Shown one piece after another: positions 1-10,296 of a stretch of DNA of 64,000 bases. The notes beneath the pieces are model-generated. The model saw only the letters and a list, made by a program, of their open reading frames with translations. It had not been told where the DNA came from and searched no databases. The stretch's first letter is position 1. Each line of letters starts with the position of its first letter. The DNA comes from Acidimicrobiia bacterium (GTDB lineage Bacteria; Actinomycetota; Acidimicrobiia; Spongiisociales; ZC4RG35). Position numbers and translations under genes: made by a program. The stretch is taken from assembly GCA_965203555.1 (NCBI GenBank), contig CBDBCY010000004.1, forward strand, positions 136,961-200,960. Reading direction: 5' to 3'.

Positions 1-415
1 GATCAAACAGAGGAAATGACCGAACCCGCGTCCTGTCTCCATGGTTCCTGCCAGCCCGTTTTTGCCACTCTTGATCCACGCCCATCCCCAATAGGGGTTT
101 CTGGAAGCACTCTGAACACCAGACTCAACACCCCCTCGCTATCTGCCCGCCGGATCAAACGCGCATAAACAGCGCGCCACCGCCCGGACGGCAACCTCCG
201 CAACCTACCGCCATACTCCCGCCACCTGCCAAACAGCGTTCAACACCTTTACAGATTCGACAGGCCTGCCCATGCACCCTGAGACCGCAAAAGAGCAAAC
301 CGCTACCCTAATCGAACTCCCCGAAAGCAGGGCTGGTCGATCACCGGGGCGCCGATCACTCCTGGTAGGTAAACTAACTGCCTGACCATTTCCTCTCACC
401 CAGGTTGCGCACAGC

Positions 416-2218
416 TTGTCTTCTCGTTCCCTGATCAGGAACTTCTGCATAATCGCCCACATCGACCACGGTAAGTCCACCCTGGCCGATCGTCTCTTGG
501 AATCGGCAGGGGCAGTTTCCCAGCGAGACATGCGAGACCAGGTGCTCGACACCATGGACCTGGAGCGAGAACGCGGGATCACCATCAAGGCGCAGGCGGT
601 CCGGTTGGACCACCCGGCATCCGATGGCCGCACCTACATCCTCAACCTGATCGATACTCCCGGCCACGTGGACTTCTCCTATGAGGTCTCCCGATCGCTG
701 GCCGCCTGCGAGGGGGCGCTTCTGCTGGTGGACGCCAACCAGGGCGTGCAGGCGCAAACGGTGGCCAACGCCTATCTGGCCGTGGAAGCAGGACTCGAAG
801 TCATCCCGGTGGTCAACAAGATAGACCTTCCCTCGGCCGAACCGGAACAGGCTGCCGAAGAACTGTCAAGGATTCTGGGCGGCGACCCGGCCGACGCCAT
901 TTTCATCTCCGCCAAGACGGGGGAGGGGATCGATGAACTCACCCAACGCATCGTGGAGATGGTCCCGCCTCCGTCCGGTGACGAGAATCTGCCGCTTTCG
1001 GCACTGATCTTCGACTCCTATTACGACATATACAGGGGAGTTGTGTGTTACGTCCGGGTTATGGAGGGAACCCTTGCGGCAGGGGAGCGGGTGATGTTCA
1101 TGGCCAGCGGCGAGAAGCGAGACGCCGCCGAAGTCGGAGTGCTCACCCCTGCCTCCGCGCCGGTGCGGGCCTTGGGGGCCGGAGAGGTGGGGTACCTGAT
1201 AACTGGCGCCAAGGAAATCGACCGGGTGCGGGTGGGGGACACGGTCACCTCCGCGTATCGACCGACAACCCGAGCCCTGGCAGGCTATACCGATCCCCGG
1301 CCGATGGTGTTCGCAGGGATATTTCCCACCGACGGCGACGACTATCCCCGCTTGCGAGAGGCCCTGGAGAAACTTCAGCTAAACGACGCTTCCCTGCAGA
1401 TCGCCCCGGAGTTCTCCCAGGCACTGGGATTCGGGTTCAGGTGTGGCTTCCTGGGTCTTCTGCACATGGAGATCGTGCGGGAACGGCTGGAAAGGGAGTA
1501 TGACCTGGATCTGGTCACAACCGCACCCTCGGTGGCATACCGCGTAACCCTTCCCGGGAGAGAACCCGATGAAGTCAGGTCCCCGGCCGATTTCCCCGCG
1601 CCGGGGAAAGAAGTGAAGGTGGAAGAACCCTGGATAAGGGCGCTGATTCTGGTGCCGCCCGAATTCCTGGGGGCGGTGATGGAGATACTCACTTCTCGGC
1701 GCGGCGAACTTGGTCCGATCAATTATCTTGGCGCCGAACGGGTGGAGATGACTTGCCGCCTTCCCCTGGCGGAGGTGGTGTTCGACTTCTATGATCAACT
1801 CAAGTCCAAGACCAGGGGCTTTGCCTCCCTCGACTACGAACCGGACGGCTACCAACGATCGGACCTGGTGAAGGTGGACCTGTTACTCAACGGCTCGCCG
1901 GTGGATGCCTTCTCGGCAGTGGTGCATCGTCAAAAGGCCTACGGATACGGACGGGAGATGGTCACGCGGCTCAAAAAGCTCATACCCCGGCAATTGTTCG
2001 ACGTTCCCATCCAGGCGGCTGTCGGAAGCCGGGTGATCTCCCGAGAAACCATCCGGGCCAAGCGCAAGGATGTGCTGGCCAAGTGCTATGGCGGCGACGT
2101 CACTCGCAAGAAAAAACTGCTGGCACGTCAGAAGGAAGGGAAGCGGCGGATGAAAATGGTGGGATCGGTGGAAGTGCCGTCCGAGGCGTTCGTGGCGGCT
2201 CTTCAGGTAAGGGATTGA
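416..2218 (+). CDS. lepA: Elongation factor 4 (LepA), translational GTPase
   Basis: 600-aa ORF. N-terminus [22 protein letters not shown] (G1 motif), [12 protein letters not shown]. Full length and typical of LepA. TTG start at 416. Confidence 0.92.
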   Translation: MSSRSLIRNFCIIAHIDHGKSTLADRLLESAGAVSQRDMRDQVLDTMDLERERGITIKAQAVRLDHPASDGRTYILNLIDTPGHVDFSYEVSRSLAACEGALLLVDANQGVQAQTVANAYLAVEAGLEVIPVVNKIDLPSAEPEQAAEELSRILGGDPADAIFISAKTGEGIDELTQRIVEMVPPPSGDENLPLSALIFDSYYDIYRGVVCYVRVMEGTLAAGERVMFMASGEKRDAAEVGVLTPASAPVRALGAGEVGYLITGAKEIDRVRVGDTVTSAYRPTTRALAGYTDPRPMVFAGIFPTDGDDYPRLREALEKLQLNDASLQIAPEFSQALGFGFRCGFLGLLHMEIVRERLEREYDLDLVTTAPSVAYRVTLPGREPDEVRSPADFPAPGKEVKVEEPWIRALILVPPEFLGAVMEILTSRRGELGPINYLGAERVEMTCRLPLAEVVFDFYDQLKSKTRGFASLDYEPDGYQRSDLVKVDLLLNGSPVDAFSAVVHRQKAYGYGREMVTRLKKLIPRQLFDVPIQAAVGSRVISRETIRAKRKDVLAKCYGGDVTRKKKLLARQKEGKRRMKMVGSVEVPSEAFVAALQVRD

Positions 2219-3426
2219 GCCTTCCCGACCAACCGTTGCTCTCTCCGGATGACCCTGACCTGGCGGAACAGGCGAGCAAATGGCGCTCGCTCTATCTGCA
2301 CATTCCGTTCTGCGAGCAGGTCTGTCCCTACTGTGACTTCGCGGTGGCTGCGGGAGAGGACCATCTCGCCTCCCGCTATTCCAAGGCGCTGATCGCCGAG
2401 ATCCGCTCCGCCCCTGAATGGGGGCCCCTGGAGGCCGTCAACTTCGGGGGAGGCACCCCGTCTCGGATGCCGGTCCGATGGTTGCGGAAGATCCTGGAAG
2501 AGGCGATCTGTCGTTTTGGTCTCGCCGCGGGAGCGGAGGTGAGTCTGGAGGCCAATCCCGAGGATTGGACACCGGGCAAGGCGTCGCAACTGGTGGCCGC
2601 CGGGTTCAACCGGGTGTCGTTGGGCGCCCAGTCCTTCGACCCGGTGGTGCTTGCCTACCTGGGGCGCCGGCACAGCCCCGAAGACATCACCCGGTCGGTG
2701 GCCGCTGCCCGAAGCGCCGGATTCCGGTCGGTGAACCTGGATCTGATAATGGGATCCCCACCCGAGGACGCCGCGTCGTGGTCGGCCACTTTACGGCGCG
2801 CCTTAGCTTGCGAGCCGGACCATCTCTCCACCTACGCCCTGACGGTGGAACCGGGAACCGTGCTGTGGAAGAAGGTCCGATCCGGCGCAAGCGCTCCGGA
2901 CGCCGATAGGCAGGCCGATTGCTGGGAGGAGGCGGACAAGGTGTGCCGGGCGGCGGGACTGGTGCGATATGAAGTCTCCAACGCCGCCCGGCCCGGGCAC
3001 CCTTGCCGCTACAACCTCTCCGTGTGGGGCCAGGGAGAGTACCTGGGGTTCGGAAACGGGGCTCACTCCTTTCAACAGGGGCGAAGGTGGGAGAACGTAC
3101 GGGACCTGCGCCGTTACCTGGATGCTGTGGAAAGCGGTGCATCACCGGGCAGAAGATACGAGAAAGTAGAAGGGTGGTCGGCGGAGACGGAGCGCCTGCT
3201 GCTGGGCATCCGGAGGCGGGCCGGCGTGAAGAAAGGCAAGGCGGGTGGAGTGCTGTGGCATTCAGGGCCGGGCCGCAGGCTCAGGGCGGCAGAGGTAATC
3301 AGTTCGCACCGGGGACGTCTTCGAGTGGAGCGTCCCCTGTTGACCGACGAGGTGAGCCGGGCCATCCTGGCCATCCGGCCACCGGGTGAGAGCCGAACCG
3401 GGTCCCTGGAGGAAAGCCTTTCATAG
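2215..3426 (+). CDS. hemW: Radical SAM heme chaperone HemW (coproporphyrinogen III oxidase-like)
   Basis: Motif [17 protein letters not shown] (CxxxCxxC radical SAM) and HemN C-terminal domain. Sits immediately downstream of lepA as in many bacteria. The track ORF starts inside lepA; a TTG at 2215, overlapping the lepA stop, is the chosen start (alternative in-frame TTG at 2236). Confidence 0.75.
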   Translation: MSLPDQPLLSPDDPDLAEQASKWRSLYLHIPFCEQVCPYCDFAVAAGEDHLASRYSKALIAEIRSAPEWGPLEAVNFGGGTPSRMPVRWLRKILEEAICRFGLAAGAEVSLEANPEDWTPGKASQLVAAGFNRVSLGAQSFDPVVLAYLGRRHSPEDITRSVAAARSAGFRSVNLDLIMGSPPEDAASWSATLRRALACEPDHLSTYALTVEPGTVLWKKVRSGASAPDADRQADCWEEADKVCRAAGLVRYEVSNAARPGHPCRYNLSVWGQGEYLGFGNGAHSFQQGRRWENVRDLRRYLDAVESGASPGRRYEKVEGWSAETERLLLGIRRRAGVKKGKAGGVLWHSGPGRRLRAAEVISSHRGRLRVERPLLTDEVSRAILAIRPPGESRTGSLEESLS

Positions 3427-3444
3427 TTTGGTACTCTGAGGGCA

Positions 3445-4437
3445 ATGCTGGAGGATCGCCGCGCCGAGATATTGCGTTCCCTCGTGGAGTGCCACATACG
3501 GACCGGAGCCCCGGTGAGCTCCCAGATGGTCCTTGAGCACAGCGATCTGGAAGTCTCCCCCGCCACCGTCCGAAAAGAGTTGGCCCGGTTGGAAGAGGAC
3601 GGGTATGCAGACCAACCTCACACCTCGGCCGGCCGGATTCCCACGGCTGCGGCCTACCGCTTTTACGTGGACAACCATGCGGCCTTCCAGTTGCGCCGGG
3701 CGGTTCGCTCCCGCATCTCGTCTTTTTTCGCCGAGGTGGAGTTGGAATTGGACCGGTTGCTTCACTCCACTACCCGCCTCCTGTCCGACATCACCCGGTT
3801 GCCGGCGGTGGTGGTGGGTCCCCACCTGGCTGCGGAGCGCATTCGCAGCATTCACCTGGTGTCCCTGCAACTGCGTATGGCCCTGCTGGTCGTGGTCACG
3901 GAATCGGCGCGGGTACTGCAGGAGATCTGCCGCCTTCCGGCGCCTTTGACCGGAACGGAGATTTCGGAAATGGAGACGCTGCTTCGCAGTCACGCCCTGG
4001 GATCACCGCTCGGTTTGCCGGCCCCGCCCGCCGTTGCCGCGCCCGGGGTCGGGGGTCCGTCCTTTCAAAGTTGCTTCCAGGAGGTTTGGGACACCCTGGA
4101 GAGAACTGCGCGGCGAGCGTCCGATGTCTACGTGATGGGAACCGGACGATCGGCCCATCTGTGGGATGATCTGGATGCGGTCGCCCAGGTGTTGGGGGTG
4201 CTGGAGAGGGAGGCGGCAGTGCTCAACCTGTTGGCCGCCGATCCGGGCATCAACATCCGCATCGGGGAGGAGATTCCCGATCTGGAAATGGATCTGGCAG
4301 TGATCTCCACCTCGTTCATGGCCGGAAACTCCGCCGGACGGATTGGAGTCCTGGGGCCGATGCGCATGGACTACGGCCGTGCCATCTCGGTGTTGCAGAG
4401 AGTAAGCGCCGGGCTGGCCGATCGCATCGCCGTCTGA
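3445..4437 (+). CDS. hrcA: Heat-inducible transcription repressor HrcA
   Basis: 330 aa with the HrcA N-terminal winged helix (RRAEILRSLVECHIRTGAPVSS) and C-terminal domain. Followed by dnaJ as in the actinobacterial hrcA-dnaJ2 arrangement. Confidence 0.88.
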   Translation: MLEDRRAEILRSLVECHIRTGAPVSSQMVLEHSDLEVSPATVRKELARLEEDGYADQPHTSAGRIPTAAAYRFYVDNHAAFQLRRAVRSRISSFFAEVELELDRLLHSTTRLLSDITRLPAVVVGPHLAAERIRSIHLVSLQLRMALLVVVTESARVLQEICRLPAPLTGTEISEMETLLRSHALGSPLGLPAPPAVAAPGVGGPSFQSCFQEVWDTLERTARRASDVYVMGTGRSAHLWDDLDAVAQVLGVLEREAAVLNLLAADPGINIRIGEEIPDLEMDLAVISTSFMAGNSAGRIGVLGPMRMDYGRAISVLQRVSAGLADRIAV

Positions 4438-4450
4438 ACAACCGGTACCG

Positions 4451-5549
4451 ATGGCCAAGGACTATTACCAGATTCTGGGAGTGGATCGCGAAGCCGACTC
4501 CAACCAGATCAAGAGGGCCTTCAGAAAACTCGCCCGCCAGACCCATCCCGACGCCAATCCCGGAGATCCTCAGGCGGAAGCCCGATTCAGGGAAGTGGCG
4601 GAAGCATACGAGGTGCTGTCCGACCCGGATCGCCGCCGGTCCTATGACCAGGGGGAGCAGATCGACATCTCGGGTATGTTCGGTGATCTCGACGACCTGC
4701 TTCGCTCGGTATTCGGAGGGTCGGGTTTCTTTGGGGGTCAAGGCGCCTCTCAACGTTCCCGCGGGCAGGACATCCTGGTGAGAGTCGGACTGAGTTTGGA
4801 AGAGGCGGCGTTCGGCGTTGAAAAGAGAGTGGAATTCGAAGCCCAGGCGGCCTGTTCCACTTGTGGTGGGGACGGGGGCGGCCGCCGGGTCTGAGATAAC
4901 TTCGTGCCGGGGGTGTGGGGGATCAGGGATGCTGCGCTCCACGCGTTCCAGCTTCTTCGGGTCGATGGTGACTACCTCCACCTGTCTCCGATGCGGGGGG
5001 AGAGGTCGGGAAGTCACCCAGATCTGTGGAAAGTGCCAAGGCGCGGGTGTCCATCCCGAGCGTCAGGCTCTGAAGGTCGAAATACCGGCCGGGGTTTCGG
5101 AGGGAACTCGTCTCCGCCTGAGAGGCAGGGGGGCGGCCGCTCCCCTGGGAGGCATGCCGGGGGATCTGTATGTGGAGGTGCTGGTTCGTTCCGACAGCCG
5201 GTTTGAGAGAGAGGGGGACCATCTCTACCATCGGGTCACGGTCGGGATCGCAGAGGCGGCTCTGGGAGCGGAAGTGAAGATACCGCTGCTCGAGGGCGGC
5301 TTCCACACTCTTCGCGTCCCGCCCGGTACCCAGCCGGGATGGGTCAGTCGGCTGCCGGGACATGGAACGCCTCTCATGGGTGGAAGACGGAGGGGGGACA
5401 TGTTGGTGGAGGTGGAGGTTGAGATTCCCAGGACGGTTTCCCGTGAAGAGGAGGACCTGCTGAGAGAACTGGCCGACCTGCGAGGGGAGTCTCCGCTGCC
5501 TCGATCTTTTCGAAGGGCAAGACGCCGGAGATCCGGCAAAAGACGGTAG
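4451..5549 (+). CDS. dnaJ: Chaperone DnaJ (J domain, G/F region, 4x CxxCxGxG zinc finger, C-terminal domain). The reading frame is broken by a 1-nt insertion near 4870, so this may be a pseudogene or a sequencing error.
   Basis: Frame 1 (4451-4894) encodes the J domain (HPD motif) plus the first Cys repeat CSTCGG. Frame 2 (from about 4851) continues with CRGCGGSG, CLRCGGRG, CGKCQGAG and the C-terminal domain. The junction sits in a G run: ggtggggacggggg. Confidence 0.8.
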
Positions 5550-5613
5550 GAAGGAGGGCATTTTGGTAGGGTTGGCCAAAAGGTGGCACATATAACCGCA
5601 CGGACCGCTTTGC

Positions 5614-5964
5614 ATGGGAGGTTCGGTGAATAGCGATTGTCTCTTCTGCAGGATCGTGGAGGGATCAGTCCCTGCCGACATAGTGGCGGAATCCGAAGGC
5701 GCCGTTGCATTCCGCGATATAAATCCACAGGCGCCCACCCATGTCCTGATCATTCCCCGTCGGCATGTCGAATCGTTGGAGGAGGTGGACGACTCTCAAA
5801 TGATGGGGGACCTGGTGAGCCTGGCCAAGGTGGTGGCGTCCCTGGAAGGACTTGACAATGGCTGGAGGCTGGTCGCCAATGTCGGACCGGACGCAGGCCA
5901 GACAGTGTTTCACCTCCATCTACATTTGTTGGGCGGCCGCCGGATGGGGTGGCCGCCGGGATGA
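5614..5964 (+). CDS. HIT family (histidine triad) nucleotide hydrolase
   Basis: 116 aa with motif HLHLHLLGG (HxHxHxx) and N-terminal CLFCRI. Confidence 0.8.
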   Translation: MGGSVNSDCLFCRIVEGSVPADIVAESEGAVAFRDINPQAPTHVLIIPRRHVESLEEVDDSQMMGDLVSLAKVVASLEGLDNGWRLVANVGPDAGQTVFHLHLHLLGGRRMGWPPG

Positions 5965-6014
5965 ATCTGTGGATACCTCTTACTGCCGGGGCGTCGCGGG
6001 TTCGATCTGTCTAG

Positions 6015-7013
6015 ATGAGCACTGAGACTGTTCACCGAGAGGTGGTGGTTCCCAGCCAACACCTGTTGCGGGATTTGCTGGGGACCAGCGATTCCTATTT
6101 TCGGGTGCTGCAGGAGTCCTTTCCGGAGGTGCGGATGGTGGCGCGCGGTGCCAACGTTTCACTCCGGGGCCCTTCGGACGAGGTTGGTTTGGCCGAGTCG
6201 GTGATCAATGAACTTCTCCTGCTCGTACAGGAGGGCGCCTCTCTGGCCGGACAGGTCGGTTCGGTAGTGCAGATGGTCCGAGATGATCTTCCCGATCCCG
6301 CCGTCGTGTTGAGCGCTACCTTGTCGGTGGGGCGCGGCAGACTGGTAAGAGTGAAGACCCACCGCCAGTTGCTCTATGTCCAATCCATTCGGGAGAACAC
6401 CGCCACCTTCGCGGTGGGCCCGGCCGGGACGGGCAAGACCTATCTGGCCATGGCGGCGGCAGTGGAAGCTCTGACACAGGGGAGTTGTCAACGAATCGTC
6501 CTGACCCGCCCGGCGGTGGAGGCGGGGGAGCGTCTTGGCTTTCTTCCCGGCGACCTTTCCGCCAAGGTGGATCCTTACCTGCGCCCCCTCTATGATGCGT
6601 TGTGGGCGATGCTGGGACCCGATGAGACATCCCGTTTGATTGATCGGGGAACAATCGAGATCGCACCTCTCGCCTATATGAGGGGCCGAACGCTCAACGA
6701 TGCCTGCGTCATCCTGGACGAGGCGCAGAACACATCTCCCGAGCAGATGAAGATGTTTTTGACCCGGCTGGGTTTCAACTCCAAGATGATCATCACCGGA
6801 GATCTCACCCAGACCGATCTCCCCTCGGGCCGCTCTTCCGGTCTGGAAGTGGTCCGGCACATTCTTGACGGGATTGCCGGGGTGGCCTTTGTGGAACTGA
6901 CCAGCCGGGATGTGGTGCGGCATCGGGTGGTCGCCGACATTATCGATGCCTACCAGCGTTATGAGACTTCCAACTTCGCGTCGGGAGGCCGGGCGAGAAG
7001 GGCCGAGAAATGA
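6015..7013 (+). CDS. phoH: PhoH-like ATPase
   Basis: Walker A motif GPAGTGKTYLAMAAAV plus the PhoH C-terminal domain. Conserved phoH-ybeY-corC-era neighbourhood. Confidence 0.9.
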   Translation: MSTETVHREVVVPSQHLLRDLLGTSDSYFRVLQESFPEVRMVARGANVSLRGPSDEVGLAESVINELLLLVQEGASLAGQVGSVVQMVRDDLPDPAVVLSATLSVGRGRLVRVKTHRQLLYVQSIRENTATFAVGPAGTGKTYLAMAAAVEALTQGSCQRIVLTRPAVEAGERLGFLPGDLSAKVDPYLRPLYDALWAMLGPDETSRLIDRGTIEIAPLAYMRGRTLNDACVILDEAQNTSPEQMKMFLTRLGFNSKMIITGDLTQTDLPSGRSSGLEVVRHILDGIAGVAFVELTSRDVVRHRVVADIIDAYQRYETSNFASGGRARRAEK

Positions 7014-9766
7014 CTACAGGAGATAGACGACCTCCCAGGACGGGAGAAAAGTCGCTGATCCGCGGCCTGCTGCTGGTGTCCACGGTGTTGCTGGCCTGGG
7101 CCACCCTGACCATCGGCGCCGCCAGCGGAGAAGTCGATCTGAGAGTAGGAGAGTTGGCCACCCGCAATTACGTCGCTCAGCGGAGCAGCGAGGTCACCGA
7201 CCAGGAGGCCACCGAGACTCTTCGTGAAGAGGAGGCTGCCCGAGTGGAGAGTGTCACCACCCGGGACGAGAGCATAGAACAACAGGTCAACGACGACCTG
7301 TCGCAGTTGTTCGAGGCGATCAGAAGCGGAGTGCTGGCGCCCGAACCGGAGTGGGTGGGAACCCTGTCGCTTCCTCCCACCAGTACGACCACTACAACCA
7401 CCACCGCTGCGGCCCAGCCCACGACCACCACGTCGCCGCCCACCACCGAGACGGTTCCACCCCTGCAAGGGGAAGAAACTCCCGAAGGCGGCACCGATGG
7501 TGAACAAACGCCTCCTGCCGAAAGTCAGGAACAGGAATCGGATGTAATCACTACCACCACCGAGGCGGCTCAGGCTGCTGAGACTCCCGGGACGAATGCA
7601 GTGACCACTGCGGAACAACCGGCCAGGATCAACCTCAGTGGGAGAGTTTTCCTCGATTTCGACTCGGACGCAGCCATCACCGAGTCGGGCGACTACCCGG
7701 ACTTGGGAGTGGAGTTGGTGACGGTCCGGGTCGTCTCTCTCGCCGGTGAGGGATATGACACCCAGACCGATGCCAACGGGCACTTTAGCATTGAGGTGCC
7801 GGAAGGGGTATGGGAGGTGGTGGTGGACAGCCAGGATTCTGATCTCCCTGCGGGTTTCACCATTTACCTTCCCGGGCGAAGCCAAACAGTGGTGTGTTTG
7901 GGACAGGGATCGGAGTGTGCCACGCAACCGGTTCCCTTCGTTCCGCTTCTCCGTTCCGCCCAGGTGCAAAACCAGGAGTTGATCCGTTCCTACCCGCAGT
8001 TGAACACTGGCACGGTGGCCACCATGGTGGAGGTTGCCCGCAACGATGTGATCCGGCAGGTATCGGACATTGCGCCCGGCTTGGTGGAGATCGAGAGGGC
8101 GGCCCTTACCTTGATGGTCGAATCTTTTGCCAACGAGATCAAGAGTGAGGACCTGCTCTCGGCCCAGAGCAGTATCCTGTCGGATCCGCCGGTGGTGTTC
8201 ATTGACAATGTGCGCAACCCGGCGGCTGGCGAAGCGGCCGCCGACATCGCCGCGTCCTTCCTGCGCCCGAATTCCCTGCTCGACACCCAGGCCACGGAGG
8301 AGTTGCGACAAGCGGCTCGAGAAGCCTTGGAAGAGGTTACGGTCTCCTATCGTTCGGGGCAGCCCATAATCGCCGAGGGCGAGCCTCTCACCCGACTGGT
8401 CATCGATGTCATATCGGCGACCGGAGCCGCCACCGGAAGACCCGTGCAGGAGGCCGGTGTGCTGGTGGTCCTGGGGGCGGTGGTGGCGGTGTTGTCTCTC
8501 TTCCTCTACAGGTTCCGCCTCGATCTTTGGGAACAGATCCCGCTGCTCACCCTGTTCGGGCTTCTCACCGTGCTGGCGGCCGGCGCGGTGCGGGGCGCCA
8601 CCTTCATAGGTGAGGTATTCGGATACGAAGTGGGCGTATATCTGCTCCCAGCGGTGGCTTTCGGGTACTTGACGGCGGTTCTCTTGGACAACCGGGTTGG
8701 GCTCCTGATGGCTATTGTCCTGGCGGTGGTGACGGCGGTCGGCACCCGCGACCCCGGCGCGACCACCTACGCGCTGCTGGCCACCCTGGCGCCGGTGGGA
8801 TTCGTCTCGGCGGCCTCGAGTCGCCGGGCCTTCCGCAATTCGGTGGCGGTCTCCGCGGCGGCCTTGGCGGTTATCGCAGCGGCCACTGCGTGGATATTTC
8901 ACACCAGCATCGCCCAGTCTCCGGTGGGGGTGATGCTGCAGGCGGGGGTGCTGGCGTTCGCCTCCACCCTGATAGCCGCTCTCGTGGCCCTGGCGTCCAT
9001 TGCCTTTTTCGAAGGCATCTTCGACGTGACCACCACTCTCCGTTTGCTCGACTTGACCGATCGCAACCACGAGGCCCTGCAATTGCTGCAAGAGAAGGCT
9101 TTCGGTACCTTCAATCATTCCCTGATGGTGGGGACGCTGGCCAGCGCGGCGGCAAAGGCGATCGGGGCCAACAATCTCTTGGCTCGCGCGGCCGCCTATT
9201 ACCACGATCTGGGTAAGACGGAGAACCCCGGATTCTTTATAGAGAACCAGTTCGGCGCCGTCAATCCGCATGACGAGATGAGACCCGAGGAGTCCGCCGA
9301 GGTGATCCGCCGGCATGTGTCCGACGGCATAAGCCTGGCGACCCGCTATCAAATCCCCTCATCGGTGAGGGAGGGGATCCTTACTCATCACGGCACCGGG
9401 ATAATACGCTATTTCTACGACAAGGCCCTGGGCTTGTACGGGGAGGAAAACGTCGATGTGGATGACTATCGACACATTGGGGCGAAGCCCCGATCCAAGG
9501 AAATGGCCATTGTGATGCTGGCCGACGGGGTGGAGGGAGCATGCCGGGCCGCTTTCCAGGTCAATTATGGGGAAGGCGCTCCTCCAGAGCCCACCCTGCA
9601 AGCCATTGCTGCGGTGATAGACGGGATCATCCGTGAAAAGATGTCCGATTACCAGTTGAGCGAAGCCTCCCTCACCTTCAGCGAACTTCAGGCGATTCGC
9701 AATGCCTTCGCGGAAGCGATGGCGGGTCACTACCATCAGCGCATTCGATACCCCAACTTTCCCTGA
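7010..9766 (+). CDS. 7TM receptor with intracellular HD-domain (HDIG) phosphohydrolase. It has a large N-terminal extracellular domain with a Thr/Pro-rich linker.
   Basis: 918 aa. Signal/TM at the N-terminus; multiple TM helices around aa 470-660; C-terminal HD motif (HSLMVG, YYHDLGK, HHGTG). Located between phoH and ybeY, where the 7TMR-HD protein usually sits. Confidence 0.8.
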   Translation: MTTGDRRPPRTGEKSLIRGLLLVSTVLLAWATLTIGAASGEVDLRVGELATRNYVAQRSSEVTDQEATETLREEEAARVESVTTRDESIEQQVNDDLSQLFEAIRSGVLAPEPEWVGTLSLPPTSTTTTTTTAAAQPTTTTSPPTTETVPPLQGEETPEGGTDGEQTPPAESQEQESDVITTTTEAAQAAETPGTNAVTTAEQPARINLSGRVFLDFDSDAAITESGDYPDLGVELVTVRVVSLAGEGYDTQTDANGHFSIEVPEGVWEVVVDSQDSDLPAGFTIYLPGRSQTVVCLGQGSECATQPVPFVPLLRSAQVQNQELIRSYPQLNTGTVATMVEVARNDVIRQVSDIAPGLVEIERAALTLMVESFANEIKSEDLLSAQSSILSDPPVVFIDNVRNPAAGEAAADIAASFLRPNSLLDTQATEELRQAAREALEEVTVSYRSGQPIIAEGEPLTRLVIDVISATGAATGRPVQEAGVLVVLGAVVAVLSLFLYRFRLDLWEQIPLLTLFGLLTVLAAGAVRGATFIGEVFGYEVGVYLLPAVAFGYLTAVLLDNRVGLLMAIVLAVVTAVGTRDPGATTYALLATLAPVGFVSAASSRRAFRNSVAVSAAALAVIAAATAWIFHTSIAQSPVGVMLQAGVLAFASTLIAALVALASIAFFEGIFDVTTTLRLLDLTDRNHEALQLLQEKAFGTFNHSLMVGTLASAAAKAIGANNLLARAAAYYHDLGKTENPGFFIENQFGAVNPHDEMRPEESAEVIRRHVSDGISLATRYQIPSSVREGILTHHGTGIIRYFYDKALGLYGEENVDVDDYRHIGAKPRSKEMAIVMLADGVEGACRAAFQVNYGEGAPPEPTLQAIAAVIDGIIREKMSDYQLSEASLTFSELQAIRNAFAEAMAGHYHQRIRYPNFP

Positions 9767-9822
9767 ATGGAAGACCCTTCATCTAGCAGTCCGAAGGGGC
9801 CTCCCGACGCGATCGGCGAGAC

Positions 9823-10296
9823 TTGCAGATGAACGTCCAGATTGTTGACGAGCAGGATTCCTCGGTGGATTTGCACCTGCTGGGTCGCTTGGCGGAGGCT
9901 GTGCTGCAGGGTGAGGGATACGGTTCGGGATGCATGGTGGATGTGACGTTGGTGCCTGACAGGCGGATGAAGGAGATGAACCTTCAACACCGTGGCCGCG
10001 AGGGTCCCACCGATGTCTTGGCGCTTCCCCTGCAAGTTATAGATCCGACCCGCAGCGCCCGCGCTCCCCGGAGGGGCGGGCCTCCCCTCCACCTGGGCGA
10101 TGTGGTGATCGCTCCAGGCTATGTGAGTCGTCAATCGGACGTGGGGGGCTGGAACTTTGCTGAGGAAATGGGTTTGATGGTGGTGCATGGTGTCTTGCAT
10201 CTGTTGGGCTACCGGCACGATTCCGACCGGCAAGCTGTGGTAATGGAGAACCGGGAACGGCGCGTTTTGGCCGGGGAGGGCTTGAGGAGGCGATGA
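9823..10296 (+). CDS. ybeY: rRNA maturation endoribonuclease YbeY
   Basis: Motif HGVLHLLGYRHD (zinc-binding H3xH5xH). Confidence 0.88.
   Translation: MQMNVQIVDEQDSSVDLHLLGRLAEAVLQGEGYGSGCMVDVTLVPDRRMKEMNLQHRGREGPTDVLALPLQVIDPTRSARAPRRGGPPLHLGDVVIAPGYVSRQSDVGGWNFAEEMGLMVVHGVLHLLGYRHDSDRQAVVMENRERRVLAGEGLRRR

Noticed and set aside
3-633. Minus-strand ORFs 3-203 and 205-633 upstream of and overlapping lepA
   Set aside because: They have no recognisable domain and overlap the lepA start and its leader. They are likely spurious frames in the C/A-rich leader and are not G/T-saturated like tuf.
2083-2215. Track start of hemW at 2083 (inside lepA), and similar upstream-extended track starts for era, rpsL, rpsS, rpmC, rpsQ, rplE, rpsK, rpsD, glmS, acpS, tsaB, rimI and the hadAB-like gene
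   Set aside because: The track takes the most upstream ATG, GTG or TTG. Conserved N-termini, RBS positions and stop-start overlaps (ATGA, GTGA) place the real starts downstream, as listed in the features.
3380-3445. Looked for a CIRCE operator upstream of hrcA
   Set aside because: No TTAGCACTC-N9-GAGTGCTAA-like inverted repeat is present in the 60 nt upstream. Only the groES site is a match.
6959-9352. 797-aa minus-strand ORF antisense to the 7TM-HD gene, and similar long antisense ORFs at 13389-15590, 39525-40940, 51864-53321 and 60153-60959
   Set aside because: Typical stop-poor antisense frames in a high-GC genome. They have Arg/Gly/Pro-rich low-complexity translations, while the opposite strand carries well-conserved genes.
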